A stretch of DNA of 64,000 nucleotides from Candidatus Binatia bacterium (GCA_963666515.2 OY762897.2:2240001-2304000), one strand, 5' to 3'; positions 12,297 to 22,261 are shown, numbered from the stretch's first letter. The notes: generated by a model not told the origin, from the letters alone. Numbers and translations are program-made.

Positions 12297-12431
12297 GGCG
12301 TTGGCGAATACTACAGCATCGACGATGGGGCAACCAGGAGCCGGTTCAACCACCGGCGGTTTCATAGTAGATTCATGGCGGCGCCCTACCGCCAAGGGAG
12401 AATTCGACATGCAGAAGTCCGGGGCACGCTG

Positions 12432-13487
12432 ATGCGCTCTTCCATGAAAGCCGTAACCGTCAGGGAGTTCGGCGACGTCGACGTGATGCGGATGGAGCAG
12501 CTTCCCGTCCCGTCCCCCGCGGCGGGAGAGGCGCTGATCCAGGTACACTCGGTTTCGGTCAATCAGACGCTGGACATCGCGGTGCGGCAGGGCCGCTACC
12601 GCACCGACCTCAAGTTTCCGGTGGTGCTCGGCACCGATCCCGCGGGTGTGGTGGTGGCCACCGGCGACGGGGTGGCGTCCACGCAGCGCGGCGAGCGGGT
12701 CGCGGTGGTGGCCTCCATCCGCTGCGGCGAGTGCCGCTTCTGCCTCATGGGACGGGAGGACTCGTGCCCTCGGAGCAAGCACTTGGGGCTGGATCGCTGG
12801 GGCGGGTACGCGGAGTACGTCACCGTGCCGGCGGAGAACGTCTTCCCGATCCCGGACAACCTGTCCTTCGGTGAAGCCTCGGTGGTCACGCGCCACTTCC
12901 CCACGGCCATCAACCTGCTGCTCAACCACGCGAAGCTCGAGAAGGGCGAGTGGGTGCTGATCATGGGGGCGGCGGGGGCTCTGGGCAGTTGCGGCGTGCA
13001 GATCGCCAGGCACACGGGCGCCCGCGTCATCGCGGCCGCGGGTGCCGATTCCAGAGCCGAGGCCGCCCGAGGGTACGGCGCCGAGTTCACGGTCAACTAC
13101 CGGGAGCAGGACCTGGAGCGGGAAGTGCTTCGGATCACGGACGGCCACGGCGTCGACGTGCTGTTCGAGAACATCGCCGACCCGACGCTGTGGCCCGGGG
13201 CCTTCAACAGCCTCGCTTTCGCGGGCCGCCTGGTGACCGCGGGGGCCCACGGCGGCGGCACCGTGCCGCTGGACGTGAAGCGGCTCTACCTCAGGCGCAT
13301 CCGCATCACCGGACAGCCCGGCGCGACCCGCAAGGACATGGGGCTGGCCCTGTCCCTGGCCGGCCAGAGCGCGGTCCGGGCCATCATCGACCGCACCATG
13401 CCCCTGGAGGACGTGAAGGAGGCGCACCAACTGCTGGAACGGGGCGGCATCATCGGCAAGATCGTCCTCGACCCGACCCTCGGCTAG
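12432..13487 (+). CDS. zinc-binding alcohol dehydrogenase / quinone reductase (MDR) family
   Basis: MKAVTV, structural-Zn motif CGECRFC..C, GGYAEY, GAAGALG, GKIVL; catalytic Zn Cys not evident. Confidence 0.88.
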   Translation: MRSSMKAVTVREFGDVDVMRMEQLPVPSPAAGEALIQVHSVSVNQTLDIAVRQGRYRTDLKFPVVLGTDPAGVVVATGDGVASTQRGERVAVVASIRCGECRFCLMGREDSCPRSKHLGLDRWGGYAEYVTVPAENVFPIPDNLSFGEASVVTRHFPTAINLLLNHAKLEKGEWVLIMGAAGALGSCGVQIARHTGARVIAAAGADSRAEAARGYGAEFTVNYREQDLEREVLRITDGHGVDVLFENIADPTLWPGAFNSLAFAGRLVTAGAHGGGTVPLDVKRLYLRRIRITGQPGATRKDMGLALSLAGQSAVRAIIDRTMPLEDVKEAHQLLERGGIIGKIVLDPTLG

Positions 13488-13507
13488 GGCGGAACCAGGA
13501 ACCGCCC

Positions 13508-14143
13508 ATGCTTCGACTCTACGACAACCATCTTTCCGGCAACGGCTACAAGCCGCGGCTGCTGCTCGCACACCTCGGCCGGACTTACGAGCGTATCGAG
13601 GTGGACATCCTGAAGGGCGAGACCCGCACGCCCGAGTTCCTCGACATCAACCTCAATGGCCGCATCCCGGTGCTGGAATTGGAGGACGGCACCCGCATTG
13701 CCGAATCCAACGCGATCCTGTTCTTCCTCGCGGAAGGCTCGCGTTTCCTGCCGTCCGACCGGCTTGCCCGCGCGCTCTGCCTGCAGTGGATGTTCTTCGA
13801 ACAGTACAGTCACGAGCCCTGCATCGCGGTGGCGCGCCACTGGATCCAACACGTCGAAATGACGGAGGCGCAACGCGCCCAGCTCCCGGCCAGACAGGAA
13901 GGCGGGCGGGCCGCGCTGGCCGTCATGGAGCGGCACCTCGGCGCGACGGACTGGTTCGGGGACGACGCCATGAGCATCGCCGATATCGCGCTCTACGCCT
14001 ACACCCACGTGGCGGACGAAGGCGGCTTCGACCTGTCGGACTATCCCGCGGTCAAAGCCTGGGTTGCCCGCGTCGCGGCGCAGCCGGGCCACGCCCCGAT
14101 GAATCCCGCGCCCGCGGGCGTCGTCGAACCGGCCGATCCCTGA
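13508..14143 (+). CDS. glutathione S-transferase family protein
   Basis: RBS AGGA then ATG 13508; SGNGYK, NLNGRIPVL, ESNAIL, SIADIALYAY. Confidence 0.92.
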   Translation: MLRLYDNHLSGNGYKPRLLLAHLGRTYERIEVDILKGETRTPEFLDINLNGRIPVLELEDGTRIAESNAILFFLAEGSRFLPSDRLARALCLQWMFFEQYSHEPCIAVARHWIQHVEMTEAQRAQLPARQEGGRAALAVMERHLGATDWFGDDAMSIADIALYAYTHVADEGGFDLSDYPAVKAWVARVAAQPGHAPMNPAPAGVVEPADP

Positions 14144-14181
14144 GCCGGTCCGGCACTACCAGGAAACCAAGGAGACAATCC

Positions 14182-15042
14182 ATGGCGCAACTCGTCACCA
14201 TGCTCGGCATCACCCACAACCCCTTCATGCCGAAGATGTTCAAGCAGGCGCAGCAACCGCCGGGGGCGGCCAGGGTCCAGGAACGGATCGCCATGATGCG
14301 CGAGAAGCTGGCGCACCACAAGCCGGACGTGCTCATCACCATCGGCAACGACCACCTGCACCAGTTCTTCATGGACAACATGCCTGCCTTCATGATCGGC
14401 AAGATGGACCGCTTCCACGGCACCTTCTACGACGAGGTGCGGGAGTTCGGGCTGCCGGAGTGCGAGGTGCCGGGCGACCTGGAGATGTGCAACCGGCTGC
14501 TGGAGGGCGCTTACGAACGCGGCGTGGACTTCGCCTATTCCAGCGAGCTCACCGTGGATCACTCCATCGTGGTGCCCATGCTGTTCGTCAGGCCGGAGAT
14601 GGACATCCCCATCGTGCCCATCCTGACCAACTGCATCGCCCCGCCGCTGCCCACCGCACGGCGCTTCTACGAGGTGGGGCAGGCCATCCGCTCGGTCATC
14701 GACGGCATGCCAGACGGCAAGCGCATCGGCGTCCTGGTGAGCGGCCACCTGTCTCTGGAGGTGGGCGGCCCCAAACAGTTCGAGCGGCGCCTGATGGACC
14801 CGGACTTCGACGCCTGCGCCGTGGGCTGGATCGCCGCCGGCGACATCGACGCGGCCGCGCGCGCCTGCAACCTGGAGCAGATGGTCCCCTCGGGCAACAT
14901 GACCATGGGGTTCCTGAACTTCCTGATGGCCATGGGCGTGGCCAACGGGACGTCCCCCACGCACGCGGAAGGACTGGACGCGGGGTTCCCGGCGGTGCCG
15001 TTCTTCGCCTGGGAGCAGAAGGAAGAGGGAGCGGGACTGTGA
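14182..15042 (+). CDS. LigB-like class III extradiol dioxygenase large subunit (atypical)
   Basis: RBS AGGAG; GITHNP, GNDHLHQFFMDNMPAF, VDHSIVVP, VPILTNC. Confidence 0.8.
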   Translation: MAQLVTMLGITHNPFMPKMFKQAQQPPGAARVQERIAMMREKLAHHKPDVLITIGNDHLHQFFMDNMPAFMIGKMDRFHGTFYDEVREFGLPECEVPGDLEMCNRLLEGAYERGVDFAYSSELTVDHSIVVPMLFVRPEMDIPIVPILTNCIAPPLPTARRFYEVGQAIRSVIDGMPDGKRIGVLVSGHLSLEVGGPKQFERRLMDPDFDACAVGWIAAGDIDAAARACNLEQMVPSGNMTMGFLNFLMAMGVANGTSPTHAEGLDAGFPAVPFFAWEQKEEGAGL

Positions 15043-15350
15043 GCAAGTACCTGGTCAACAAGTTCATGCACGTGGTCAACATGAACCAGGAGGCGGAAGA
15101 AGCCTACGTGGAGAACCCGCCGGGCTTCGTCGCCCGGTGGGAGAAGGGAGAGCGCCTCGAGTTCACGCCCGAGGAGCGGCGCGCCCTGGAGCGGCGCGAC
15201 TACGGCAGCCTGTACGCCATGGGCGCGCATCCGTTCCTGCTGTGGAGCTTCACCGAGGCCATCTGGCGCCACGAGGTAGACCGGGAAGAACTGGTGAAGG
15301 ACTACAAGGCCAAGGCGGCCGCGGCGGGCTACCCGGACTTCGAGAGTTGA
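15039..15350 (+). CDS. LigA-like dioxygenase small subunit
   Basis: GTG overlaps the ligB-like stop; SKYLVNKF, FTPEERRALERRDYGSLYAMGAHPFLL. Confidence 0.78.
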   Translation: MSKYLVNKFMHVVNMNQEAEEAYVENPPGFVARWEKGERLEFTPEERRALERRDYGSLYAMGAHPFLLWSFTEAIWRHEVDREELVKDYKAKAAAAGYPDFES

Positions 15351-15393
15351 GCACCCGCTCCGGACCCGGGAACCTGTGTTGCGGCGGACCCCG

Positions 15394-15421
15394 GTAGGGG
15401 CGACCGGCCGGTCGCCCCTAC
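15394..15421. repeat. GTAG-family REP palindrome
   Basis: Perfect 28-bp palindrome gtaggggcgaccggccggtcgcccctac between convergent genes. Confidence 0.85.
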
Positions 15422-15474
15422 CATGTATCGACTACTGGGACAGGCTCCCGGGATTCGATCACCGGGCTGGATGC

Positions 15475-16737
15475 CTATTTCATCTTGAGCTTGGCCCGCA
15501 CCTCCGCGGCGAGCTTCTTGATCCTGTCCTCGGGATCGGCGCCTTCGATGACGTCCACCAGCGCGGCCCCGATCAGGTCGGTGACCGCCACCCCTTCGGC
15601 GCCGGGATACGCGTACCAGGGACCCGAATAGGACGCCACCTGGGCGTGCGCCCGCCGTGAATTCTCGTTACGGGCGTAGAACTCGCCGAGATAGCTCTTG
15701 TCCTTGAGCACCAGCTCGTTGGTCGGCGCATACCCGGTGTTCTCCACCACGATCTTGGCGCCTTCCGGGCCGGTGGCGAACTGGATGTATCTCCACGCCG
15801 CCGCCTGCTTCTTGGGATCCTGCGTCAGCATGACGATGGCCGAACCGCCGGTGGGGAAATAGACCGTGGACTTGTCCTTCGCGGCCACCACCAGCGGCAG
15901 CAGCGTCACCTTGAAGCGGTCTCCGGCGCCGGCGACAACCCGCGTCAGGTAGGAAGAGCTGTCGATGTAGATGCCCAGGGTGCCCGCGGCGAACGCCTGC
16001 CGCGCGGCCTTGCCGCCATAGGTCTTCATGCCGGCTTCCTTGCCGAGGCGCGAATAGAGCCTTGCGGCGTTGATGCCGGCCTCGCTGTCGAAGGTGATGT
16101 TGGACTCGTCTTCGTTCATGGGCCGGCCGCCGTAGGAGCCCAGCATGCTCTGGAAACGCCAGTCATGCGCCGACACCCACACGCCGTCGATCTGGTCGCC
16201 GAGGGCGCTGATCTTGGTGGCCAAGCTGATCAGGCCGTCGAAGTCGGTCGGGAAGTTGTCTACCGAGCCGCCGGCCTTGGCCACCAGCTCGGGGTTGACG
16301 TAGATCACCAGCGTCGAGGCGGAGGCCGCGATGGCGTATTGCTTGCCTTGGTACTGGCCCAGGGAGCGCAGAGCCGGGGTGTAGCCCTGCGCTTCGAACT
16401 TGGCGGCATCACCGATGAACGGATCCAGCTCCACCGCCAGCCCGCGGGCCTGGAGGATGCGCCAGCGGTTCAGACCGAGGAAGGCCACGTCGGGAAGCTT
16501 CTTGGCCACGGCTTCCCGGAGCAGGCGCTGAACGCCCGCAGCGTAGTTTTCCGCGGGCGCCTGGATCTCGAGCTTGATATCCGGGTTCTTCTTCATGAAC
16601 GCATCGGCGACCAACTCCTGGACCTTGGCCCAGAGGTTGGGGTGTGCGTAGTGCAGGGTGAGCGTCACGTCCGCCGCCTTGGCCGAGCCCGCGGCCAGGA
16701 AGCTCGCCACCAACATCGCGAAGAGTATCCTTCTCAT
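15475..16737 (-). CDS. ABC transporter substrate-binding protein (CUT1/UgpB-like)
   Basis: Signal peptide MRRILFAMLVASFLAAGSAKA; PTGGSAIVM, AAWRYIQF, TGYAP. Confidence 0.88.
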   Translation of the reverse strand: MRRILFAMLVASFLAAGSAKAADVTLTLHYAHPNLWAKVQELVADAFMKKNPDIKLEIQAPAENYAAGVQRLLREAVAKKLPDVAFLGLNRWRILQARGLAVELDPFIGDAAKFEAQGYTPALRSLGQYQGKQYAIAASASTLVIYVNPELVAKAGGSVDNFPTDFDGLISLATKISALGDQIDGVWVSAHDWRFQSMLGSYGGRPMNEDESNITFDSEAGINAARLYSRLGKEAGMKTYGGKAARQAFAAGTLGIYIDSSSYLTRVVAGAGDRFKVTLLPLVVAAKDKSTVYFPTGGSAIVMLTQDPKKQAAAWRYIQFATGPEGAKIVVENTGYAPTNELVLKDKSYLGEFYARNENSRRAHAQVASYSGPWYAYPGAEGVAVTDLIGAALVDVIEGADPEDRIKKLAAEVRAKLKMK

Positions 16738-16805
16738 CGCCAGACTCCTTTCTTTTCGCCCGTTCACGGGCGATGCCGTTGTTGCCGACGCGGCTCGGGA
16801 CCGCG

Positions 16806-17636
16806 TCATCCCTTGAGCCCGCTCATGGTGATGCCCTGGACGAACTTGCGTTGCGCCGCCAGGAACGCGATCACCAATGGAGCTGTAACCACGGTTGCGG
16901 CCGCCATCAAGGGGCCGAAGTCGGATCCCGCCTCCTCGTCGCGGAAAAACAGTATCCCTCGCGGGGGTGTCGCCAGGTTCGGGTCGCTGATGGCGATCAA
17001 CGGCCAGAACAGGTCGTTCCAGTGCGCGACCACGGAGAAGATGGCGAACGCGCTCACCGCAGGCCAGGCGTTGGGAAACGCGATGCGCCACACGATGGCC
17101 GTCTCGCTCAATCCGTCGATGCGCGCGGCGTCGATGATCTCGGCGGGCACCGTGGCGAAGAACTGCCGGAACAGGAAGATGCCGAAGACCGAAGCGACGA
17201 ACGGGATGATCAGCGCCGGGTAGGTGTCCAGCAGACCGATCTCGGCAAAGCCCAGGAAGACCGGGATCGCGGTCACGTGATAGGGAACCAGCAGGCCCGC
17301 GAGCACCAGCCCGAAGATCACCCAGCGAAGCCCGAACTGCCGGTGAGCCAGCGCATAGGAACAGGGCACCGCGATGAGGATCTGAAACACCAGGATGCCG
17401 GCGCAGACTATGACTCCGTTAAGCAGGAATCGGTGCAGCGGAACCTCCGCGAACGCTTTCGCGTAGTTGCGCCACTCGATGCGGCTGGGGAACAGGTCGA
17501 TGCCCGGCGCGAAGATCTCGGCGGCGGGCTTGATGGATAGGGAGAGCATCCAGAAGAACGGCAGCAGCACGAACGCCGCGCCGGCCAGCAGGAGCGCAAG
17601 CATGACGGCCCGGCCGAGGTGGAAGCGAGCGGTCAT
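16806..17636 (-). CDS. carbohydrate ABC transporter permease (UgpE-like)
   Basis: 3' part of the track ORF 16806..18563; IIDAARIDG, WNDLFWPL. Confidence 0.88.
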   Translation of the reverse strand: MTARFHLGRAVMLALLLAGAAFVLLPFFWMLSLSIKPAAEIFAPGIDLFPSRIEWRNYAKAFAEVPLHRFLLNGVIVCAGILVFQILIAVPCSYALAHRQFGLRWVIFGLVLAGLLVPYHVTAIPVFLGFAEIGLLDTYPALIIPFVASVFGIFLFRQFFATVPAEIIDAARIDGLSETAIVWRIAFPNAWPAVSAFAIFSVVAHWNDLFWPLIAISDPNLATPPRGILFFRDEEAGSDFGPLMAAATVVTAPLVIAFLAAQRKFVQGITMSGLKG

Positions 17637-18538
17637 CGGTAGTGCACCCGCCTTTCGAGCACACCGAACTGCACGAGCGTCAGCGTCAGGACGAAAGCGA
17701 AGAACACCATGGTGACCGCGCTGGCGTATCCCGCCTTGAAGTAGACGAACCCCTCCCGGTACATGGCATAGACGAGCGTGTCGCTCGCAAACCCCGGGCC
17801 GCCGGCGGTCAGCGTGGCCACGGTTTCGAAAACGCGGAACGCGCGCGCCGCGGTGACCACGAGGACGAAGAGCGTCGTCGGGCCTAGCAGAGGCCACGTG
17901 ACCGTCCAGAAGCGATCCCAGCCTGGGCGCACGCCGTCGATCTCCGCGGCGTCGTAGAGGTGTTCCGGAATCGCGGTCAGCCCGGCGAGGAAGAGAACCA
18001 TGTTGTAGCCGACGGTCTCCCAGATACCGATCACCGCCAGTGAGTAGAGCACGATCCCGCGGTCGGACAGCCACTCCTGTCCCGGCAGGCCCGCCAGTCC
18101 CAGGACCTGGTTGAAGAGTCCGACGTTCGGATGCATGAGCATCTGCCAGACCGTCGCCATGGCCACCAGCGTGCCCGCCACCGGCATGAAGTAGGCGGTG
18201 CGAAGCACTCCCGCAAGCGTCGCGTTCCAGCTCGCGACCCGGTGAACCCCAAGGGCCACCAGCAAGGCCAGGATCATCGAGGCGGGCATGACGATGGCGA
18301 CGTAGATCAGCGTGTTCACCACGGCCCGCCGGCCGATGGGATCGGTGAACAGCACGCTGTAGTTGTCGAGCCCGATCCAGGCGAAACTCTGGGCGCCGAG
18401 CTGGTAGTCGGTGAACGACAGCACGGCGACGGCGAGCACCGGCCCGAAAATCAGCACGAGCATCCCGATGGTAGCCGGACCCACCAACCAGGCATTGGTC
18501 AATGCTTCGCCTACGGCGGACGGCAGCCGGGACATCAT
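17633..18538 (-). CDS. carbohydrate ABC transporter permease (UgpA-like)
   Basis: GLDNY, YDAAEIDG EAA loop, multiple transmembrane segments. Confidence 0.9.
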   Translation of the reverse strand: MMSRLPSAVGEALTNAWLVGPATIGMLVLIFGPVLAVAVLSFTDYQLGAQSFAWIGLDNYSVLFTDPIGRRAVVNTLIYVAIVMPASMILALLVALGVHRVASWNATLAGVLRTAYFMPVAGTLVAMATVWQMLMHPNVGLFNQVLGLAGLPGQEWLSDRGIVLYSLAVIGIWETVGYNMVLFLAGLTAIPEHLYDAAEIDGVRPGWDRFWTVTWPLLGPTTLFVLVVTAARAFRVFETVATLTAGGPGFASDTLVYAMYREGFVYFKAGYASAVTMVFFAFVLTLTLVQFGVLERRVHYR

Positions 18539-19701
18539 GACACCGGACCTGTCGCCGTCGCACGGAGTGGCGACCTCGGTACGAGGCGAGCCTTGAGCCG
18601 CACCCCGGTCGAACCGTCGAAAAGGTGTGCGTGGTCCGGGTTGAAGCTGAGACGGATCTCGTCGCCGGGCTGGCGCAGCGCCGAATGGGTCGGAAGGACG
18701 GCGTGAACCGTCTGGTCGCCGGGCAACACGACGGTTGCCACGGCCTCCGAGCCGAGGTACTCGATCCGCACCACCCGCCCGGCGAGCAGACCGTCGTCAG
18801 CCGGGACCAGCGCTTCCGGGCGCAGGCCGATTACCACCGTATCATTGATCAGTCTTGTGTCGAAGGCGAAAGAGGTGAACGGCTCCGGCAGCTCGCGGGA
18901 ACGTGCCGGGACCTCCACCAGGTTCAGGGGATGGTCGCCGACGAAGGCGGCGATCTCCTGGGTGGCGGGACGTTCGTATATCGCACGCGGCGTGCCGGAC
19001 TGAACGATGCTGCCGTCCATCATCACCGCGATCTGATCGGACATGCTCATTGCCTCGGCCTGGTCGTGCGTCACGTACACGAACGTGCGGCCGGTGCGCT
19101 GGTGCAGGTCCACGAGCTCGCCGCGCATCTGGAGGCGCAGCTTGACGTCGAGATTGGAAAGCGGTTCGTCCAGCAGGAACGCAACCGGGTCCCGCACCAG
19201 CGCCCGGGCCACCGCGGCGCGCTGTTTCTGGCCGCCGGAGAGCTGGCTGGGCTTGCGGTCCAGCAGCGTCTCGATATCCAGCAGGGACGCGACTTCGCGG
19301 ACCTTGGTCCGGTGGGCCGCCGCAAGGTCGCGGGCGGAGGCCAACAGACGGTCCATCAACGGCAGGCGCTGCCAGACGCTCATGTTCCGCATCGCCAGGG
19401 GAAGGTTGATGTTCTGGCGAACGGTCATGTGGGGATAGAGCGCATAGGACTGGAACACCATGGCGATGTTACGTTCCGCGGCCCTCAGGCCGGTCACGTC
19501 GCGCCCGTCGATCAGCACCTGTCCGGAGGACTGCGGCTCAAGCCCGGCAACGATGCGCAGGGTAGTGGATTTCCCGCAGCCGGACGGCCCAAGGAGTGTC
19601 GTAAAGCTTCCTTCGGCGATCTTCAGCGAGATACCGTTGAGCGCGTTGGTGGCGCCGTAACGCCGGCGGACATCCTTGAGCTCGATCCTGCCGGAACTCA
19701 T
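18535..19701 (-). CDS. ABC transporter ATP-binding protein (UgpC/MalK-like)
   Basis: GPSGCGKST, VFQSYALYPHM, LSGGQKQR, DEPLSNLD, C-terminal TOBE region. Confidence 0.93.
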   Translation of the reverse strand: MSSGRIELKDVRRRYGATNALNGISLKIAEGSFTTLLGPSGCGKSTTLRIVAGLEPQSSGQVLIDGRDVTGLRAAERNIAMVFQSYALYPHMTVRQNINLPLAMRNMSVWQRLPLMDRLLASARDLAAAHRTKVREVASLLDIETLLDRKPSQLSGGQKQRAAVARALVRDPVAFLLDEPLSNLDVKLRLQMRGELVDLHQRTGRTFVYVTHDQAEAMSMSDQIAVMMDGSIVQSGTPRAIYERPATQEIAAFVGDHPLNLVEVPARSRELPEPFTSFAFDTRLINDTVVIGLRPEALVPADDGLLAGRVVRIEYLGSEAVATVVLPGDQTVHAVLPTHSALRQPGDEIRLSFNPDHAHLFDGSTGVRLKARLVPRSPLRATATGPVS

Positions 19702-19880
19702 GAGCGATCTCCGGTAGTTCAGTCAGTAGCCCCGGACGATGACGATCCGTCGCACGGAAAGGTTAAAGTCTGGTGACAGAGCCGCATTCGGAGAAGCACT
19801 TCACCAGAGTCGGAACCCGGAAGGGAAGATAAGACACACCGGATGCGGGCGCAAGGTATTCCGCGGTCGCGGGAGAACCC

Positions 19881-20126
19881 TCAGCTCCTTTTCCTCAACC
19901 TGGAGGTCCACGACAACCATGGGAACCGTTCCCGGTAGCGGCGCACCAGTTCGCGCCCGCCGATGGCGCAGCCGGCCCAGAAGACCACCTGGCTCACGAA
20001 GTAGATGCCGGCCGCCACCACGACCCTGTTGTACTCCAGGTAGACAAAGGGCAGCAGCAGAATCGTGGCGGTAATCGCCCACGAGCCCGCCATCAACACC
20101 ACCGCGAACTTTTCGAGAAGGGTCAT
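19881..20126 (-). CDS. small two-TM membrane protein ('transporter suffix domain'-like)
   Basis: LLLPFV..SQVVFWAGCAIGGRELVRRYR pattern recalled for that family. Confidence 0.6.
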   Translation of the reverse strand: MTLLEKFAVVLMAGSWAITATILLLPFVYLEYNRVVVAAGIYFVSQVVFWAGCAIGGRELVRRYRERFPWLSWTSRLRKRS

Positions 20127-20182
20127 GTAGGGGATGGACGCCGTCGCCGCCCCGTGGATACGGAGCGCGTCTGACGGCGCCG

Positions 20183-22261
20183 CTACCGGGAATTGCGGAC
20201 GATGCGCACGTCCACCGCGGCCACTCCCGCGCCCGCCTCCTTCACCATCAGCGGATTGATCTCCAGGTCGCTCAGGTGCCCCCGGTGCGCGGCGAACAGG
20301 GTGGACAGGCCGGTGATGGCCCGGACCAGGGAGTCGACGTCACGAGGCTTCTGCCCGCGCACGCCTTCGAGGATCCTGTAGCCCTTGAGCTGGCGGAGCA
20401 TGGCCTGCGCGTCCTCGGTGGTGACCGGGACGAGGCGCAGCGCCACGTCCTTCAGCACCTCCACGAAGATACCGCCGAGGCCCACCATGACGAAGGGGCC
20501 GTACTGCGGGTCCACGCGGGCGCCGAGGATGACCTCGGTGCCGCCGACCATCTCCTGCACCAGCAGCTTCGATCCGGCGGGGCCCTTGGCCAACAGTTCC
20601 GTCCCCGCGTGCTCCACCCGTTCCGCCGAATCGAGTCCCAGCACCACGCCGCCCACCTCGGTCTTGTGCACCACCTCCGGCGACTGGAGCTTCAGCACCA
20701 CCGGGAAGCCCATTTCGCCGGCCTGGGCCGCGGCTTCCGCGGGAGTGTCCACCACCGCTTCCCGCGGCGGCGTCAGCCCGTGCGCGGCCAACCGCTGCTG
20801 CCACGCGGGTCCTTCCAGGTCCTCCGCCGTGGCGCCGGCGGGAGGCATTGCCGGTATTCCCAGGCGCCGGCGCTGGCCGTAGGCGCCGAGGCCGTTGAGC
20901 GCCCGCAGGGTTGCCTTGATGCCCTGCAGGTGCGGCACCTCCGAAGCCTCCTGAAAGGCGCGGCTCTCGTCCTGCAGGCTGTACGTGGAGCGCGCGTGCG
21001 CCACGATGGGCTTGTCGATGCTCCGGGAAATGTTCTTCAGCAGGTCGGGATTGCGCTTCTCGCCGAAGCGCGGCAACTCGCCGTGAATCGCCAGCAGGTC
21101 CACGCCGTCGTCCTCGGCGTGGATGCGCACGATCTCGGCGAAGGTGTTCTCGTTGCCGAAGCCGGCCACGCCGCACTCCAGCGGGTTCTCCACCACCAGG
21201 TCGTCGGGGATGAGCGGGCGCAGCGCCTGGTTGGAGACGTCGCTCAGGGTGGCCAACTCGATGCCCACCTCCTCGATGTGGTCCAGCAGGATGCCCTTCA
21301 TGCCGCCGGAGTTGACCACGATGGCGGCGCGTCCGCCCCGGGGGCGCCGGCCCGGCAGGAACGCCAGGGTCATCTCCGTCAGGTCCTCCAGGCTGTGGCA
21401 GCGCACCATGCCGTAGCGGTCGCAGGCCGCGGAGAAGACCTCGTCGTCGCCCGCCAGAGAGCCGGTGTGGGAGATGGCTTGGCGCTTGCCCATCTCCGAG
21501 CGGCCTAGCTTCACCACGATGACGGGCTTGTCGGCCTCCAGCGCACGAGCGGCCATCTCCAGGAACATCTTCGGGCGGCGGATGCCCTCCACCATGAGCA
21601 GGATGATCTTCGTCGCGTCGTCATCGACGAGAAACGACATGTAGTCCACCACGTCCAGGCTCACCTCGTTGCCGCTGGAGATGGCGTAGCTGAAGCCGAC
21701 GCCGCGCTCCGCCGCGCCCTTCATCCAGTTGCCGAGCGAACCGCCGCTCTGGAACACCGCGGCCACGGGACCGGGCCTGAGCAGCGGCTGGCGCTGGGCG
21801 TAGGTCATCATGCGCTGGTTCACCGACGCCGCGCCCATGCAGTTGGGGCCGCAGCAGACGATGCCGCTCTCCTCGCAGAACTCGGCCAGCTCGCGCCCGC
21901 GCTCGTGGCTCTTGGGATCGGTCCCCTCGCCGAAACCCGCGCTGTAGATGGTGGCCGCCTTGACCCCCAGCGGGGCTGCCTGCCTGAGGGTAGGGATCAC
22001 CGCCCGGCTCGGCACCAGCATGAGCAGGTGATCGGGCGGCTCCGGCAACGCCTCCAGGCTCGGGTAGCAGGGCGCGTCCCACAACTCCTCGTAGTTGGGA
22101 TTGATGAGATAGATGTTGCCGGGAAACTCCGCCGCCTTGAGGCTGTGGAAGAGCAGGTTGGGCCAGTTGCCCTTGGGCGAGGCGCCGACGATGGCCACGC
22201 TCCTGGCGTGCAGCAGGTTGGCCGCGGGTAGAATCGTGGTTCTTTCCGTCGTTTCGGTCAT
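20183..22261 (-). CDS. ADP-forming acyl-CoA synthetase (acetate--CoA ligase family), candidate FerA-like
   Basis: SVAIVGAS, GPNCMG, QSGG, phospho-His motif SHTGSLAG, ATP-grasp PVVLK..HKTEVGGV, LEINPL. Confidence 0.9.
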   Translation of the reverse strand: MTETTERTTILPAANLLHARSVAIVGASPKGNWPNLLFHSLKAAEFPGNIYLINPNYEELWDAPCYPSLEALPEPPDHLLMLVPSRAVIPTLRQAAPLGVKAATIYSAGFGEGTDPKSHERGRELAEFCEESGIVCCGPNCMGAASVNQRMMTYAQRQPLLRPGPVAAVFQSGGSLGNWMKGAAERGVGFSYAISSGNEVSLDVVDYMSFLVDDDATKIILLMVEGIRRPKMFLEMAARALEADKPVIVVKLGRSEMGKRQAISHTGSLAGDDEVFSAACDRYGMVRCHSLEDLTEMTLAFLPGRRPRGGRAAIVVNSGGMKGILLDHIEEVGIELATLSDVSNQALRPLIPDDLVVENPLECGVAGFGNENTFAEIVRIHAEDDGVDLLAIHGELPRFGEKRNPDLLKNISRSIDKPIVAHARSTYSLQDESRAFQEASEVPHLQGIKATLRALNGLGAYGQRRRLGIPAMPPAGATAEDLEGPAWQQRLAAHGLTPPREAVVDTPAEAAAQAGEMGFPVVLKLQSPEVVHKTEVGGVVLGLDSAERVEHAGTELLAKGPAGSKLLVQEMVGGTEVILGARVDPQYGPFVMVGLGGIFVEVLKDVALRLVPVTTEDAQAMLRQLKGYRILEGVRGQKPRDVDSLVRAITGLSTLFAAHRGHLSDLEINPLMVKEAGAGVAAVDVRIVRNSR

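Noticed and set aside
11112-13571. Apparent 819-aa fusion protein
   Set aside because: The 5' half is antisense to the MDR dehydrogenase; only 11112-12296 looks coding
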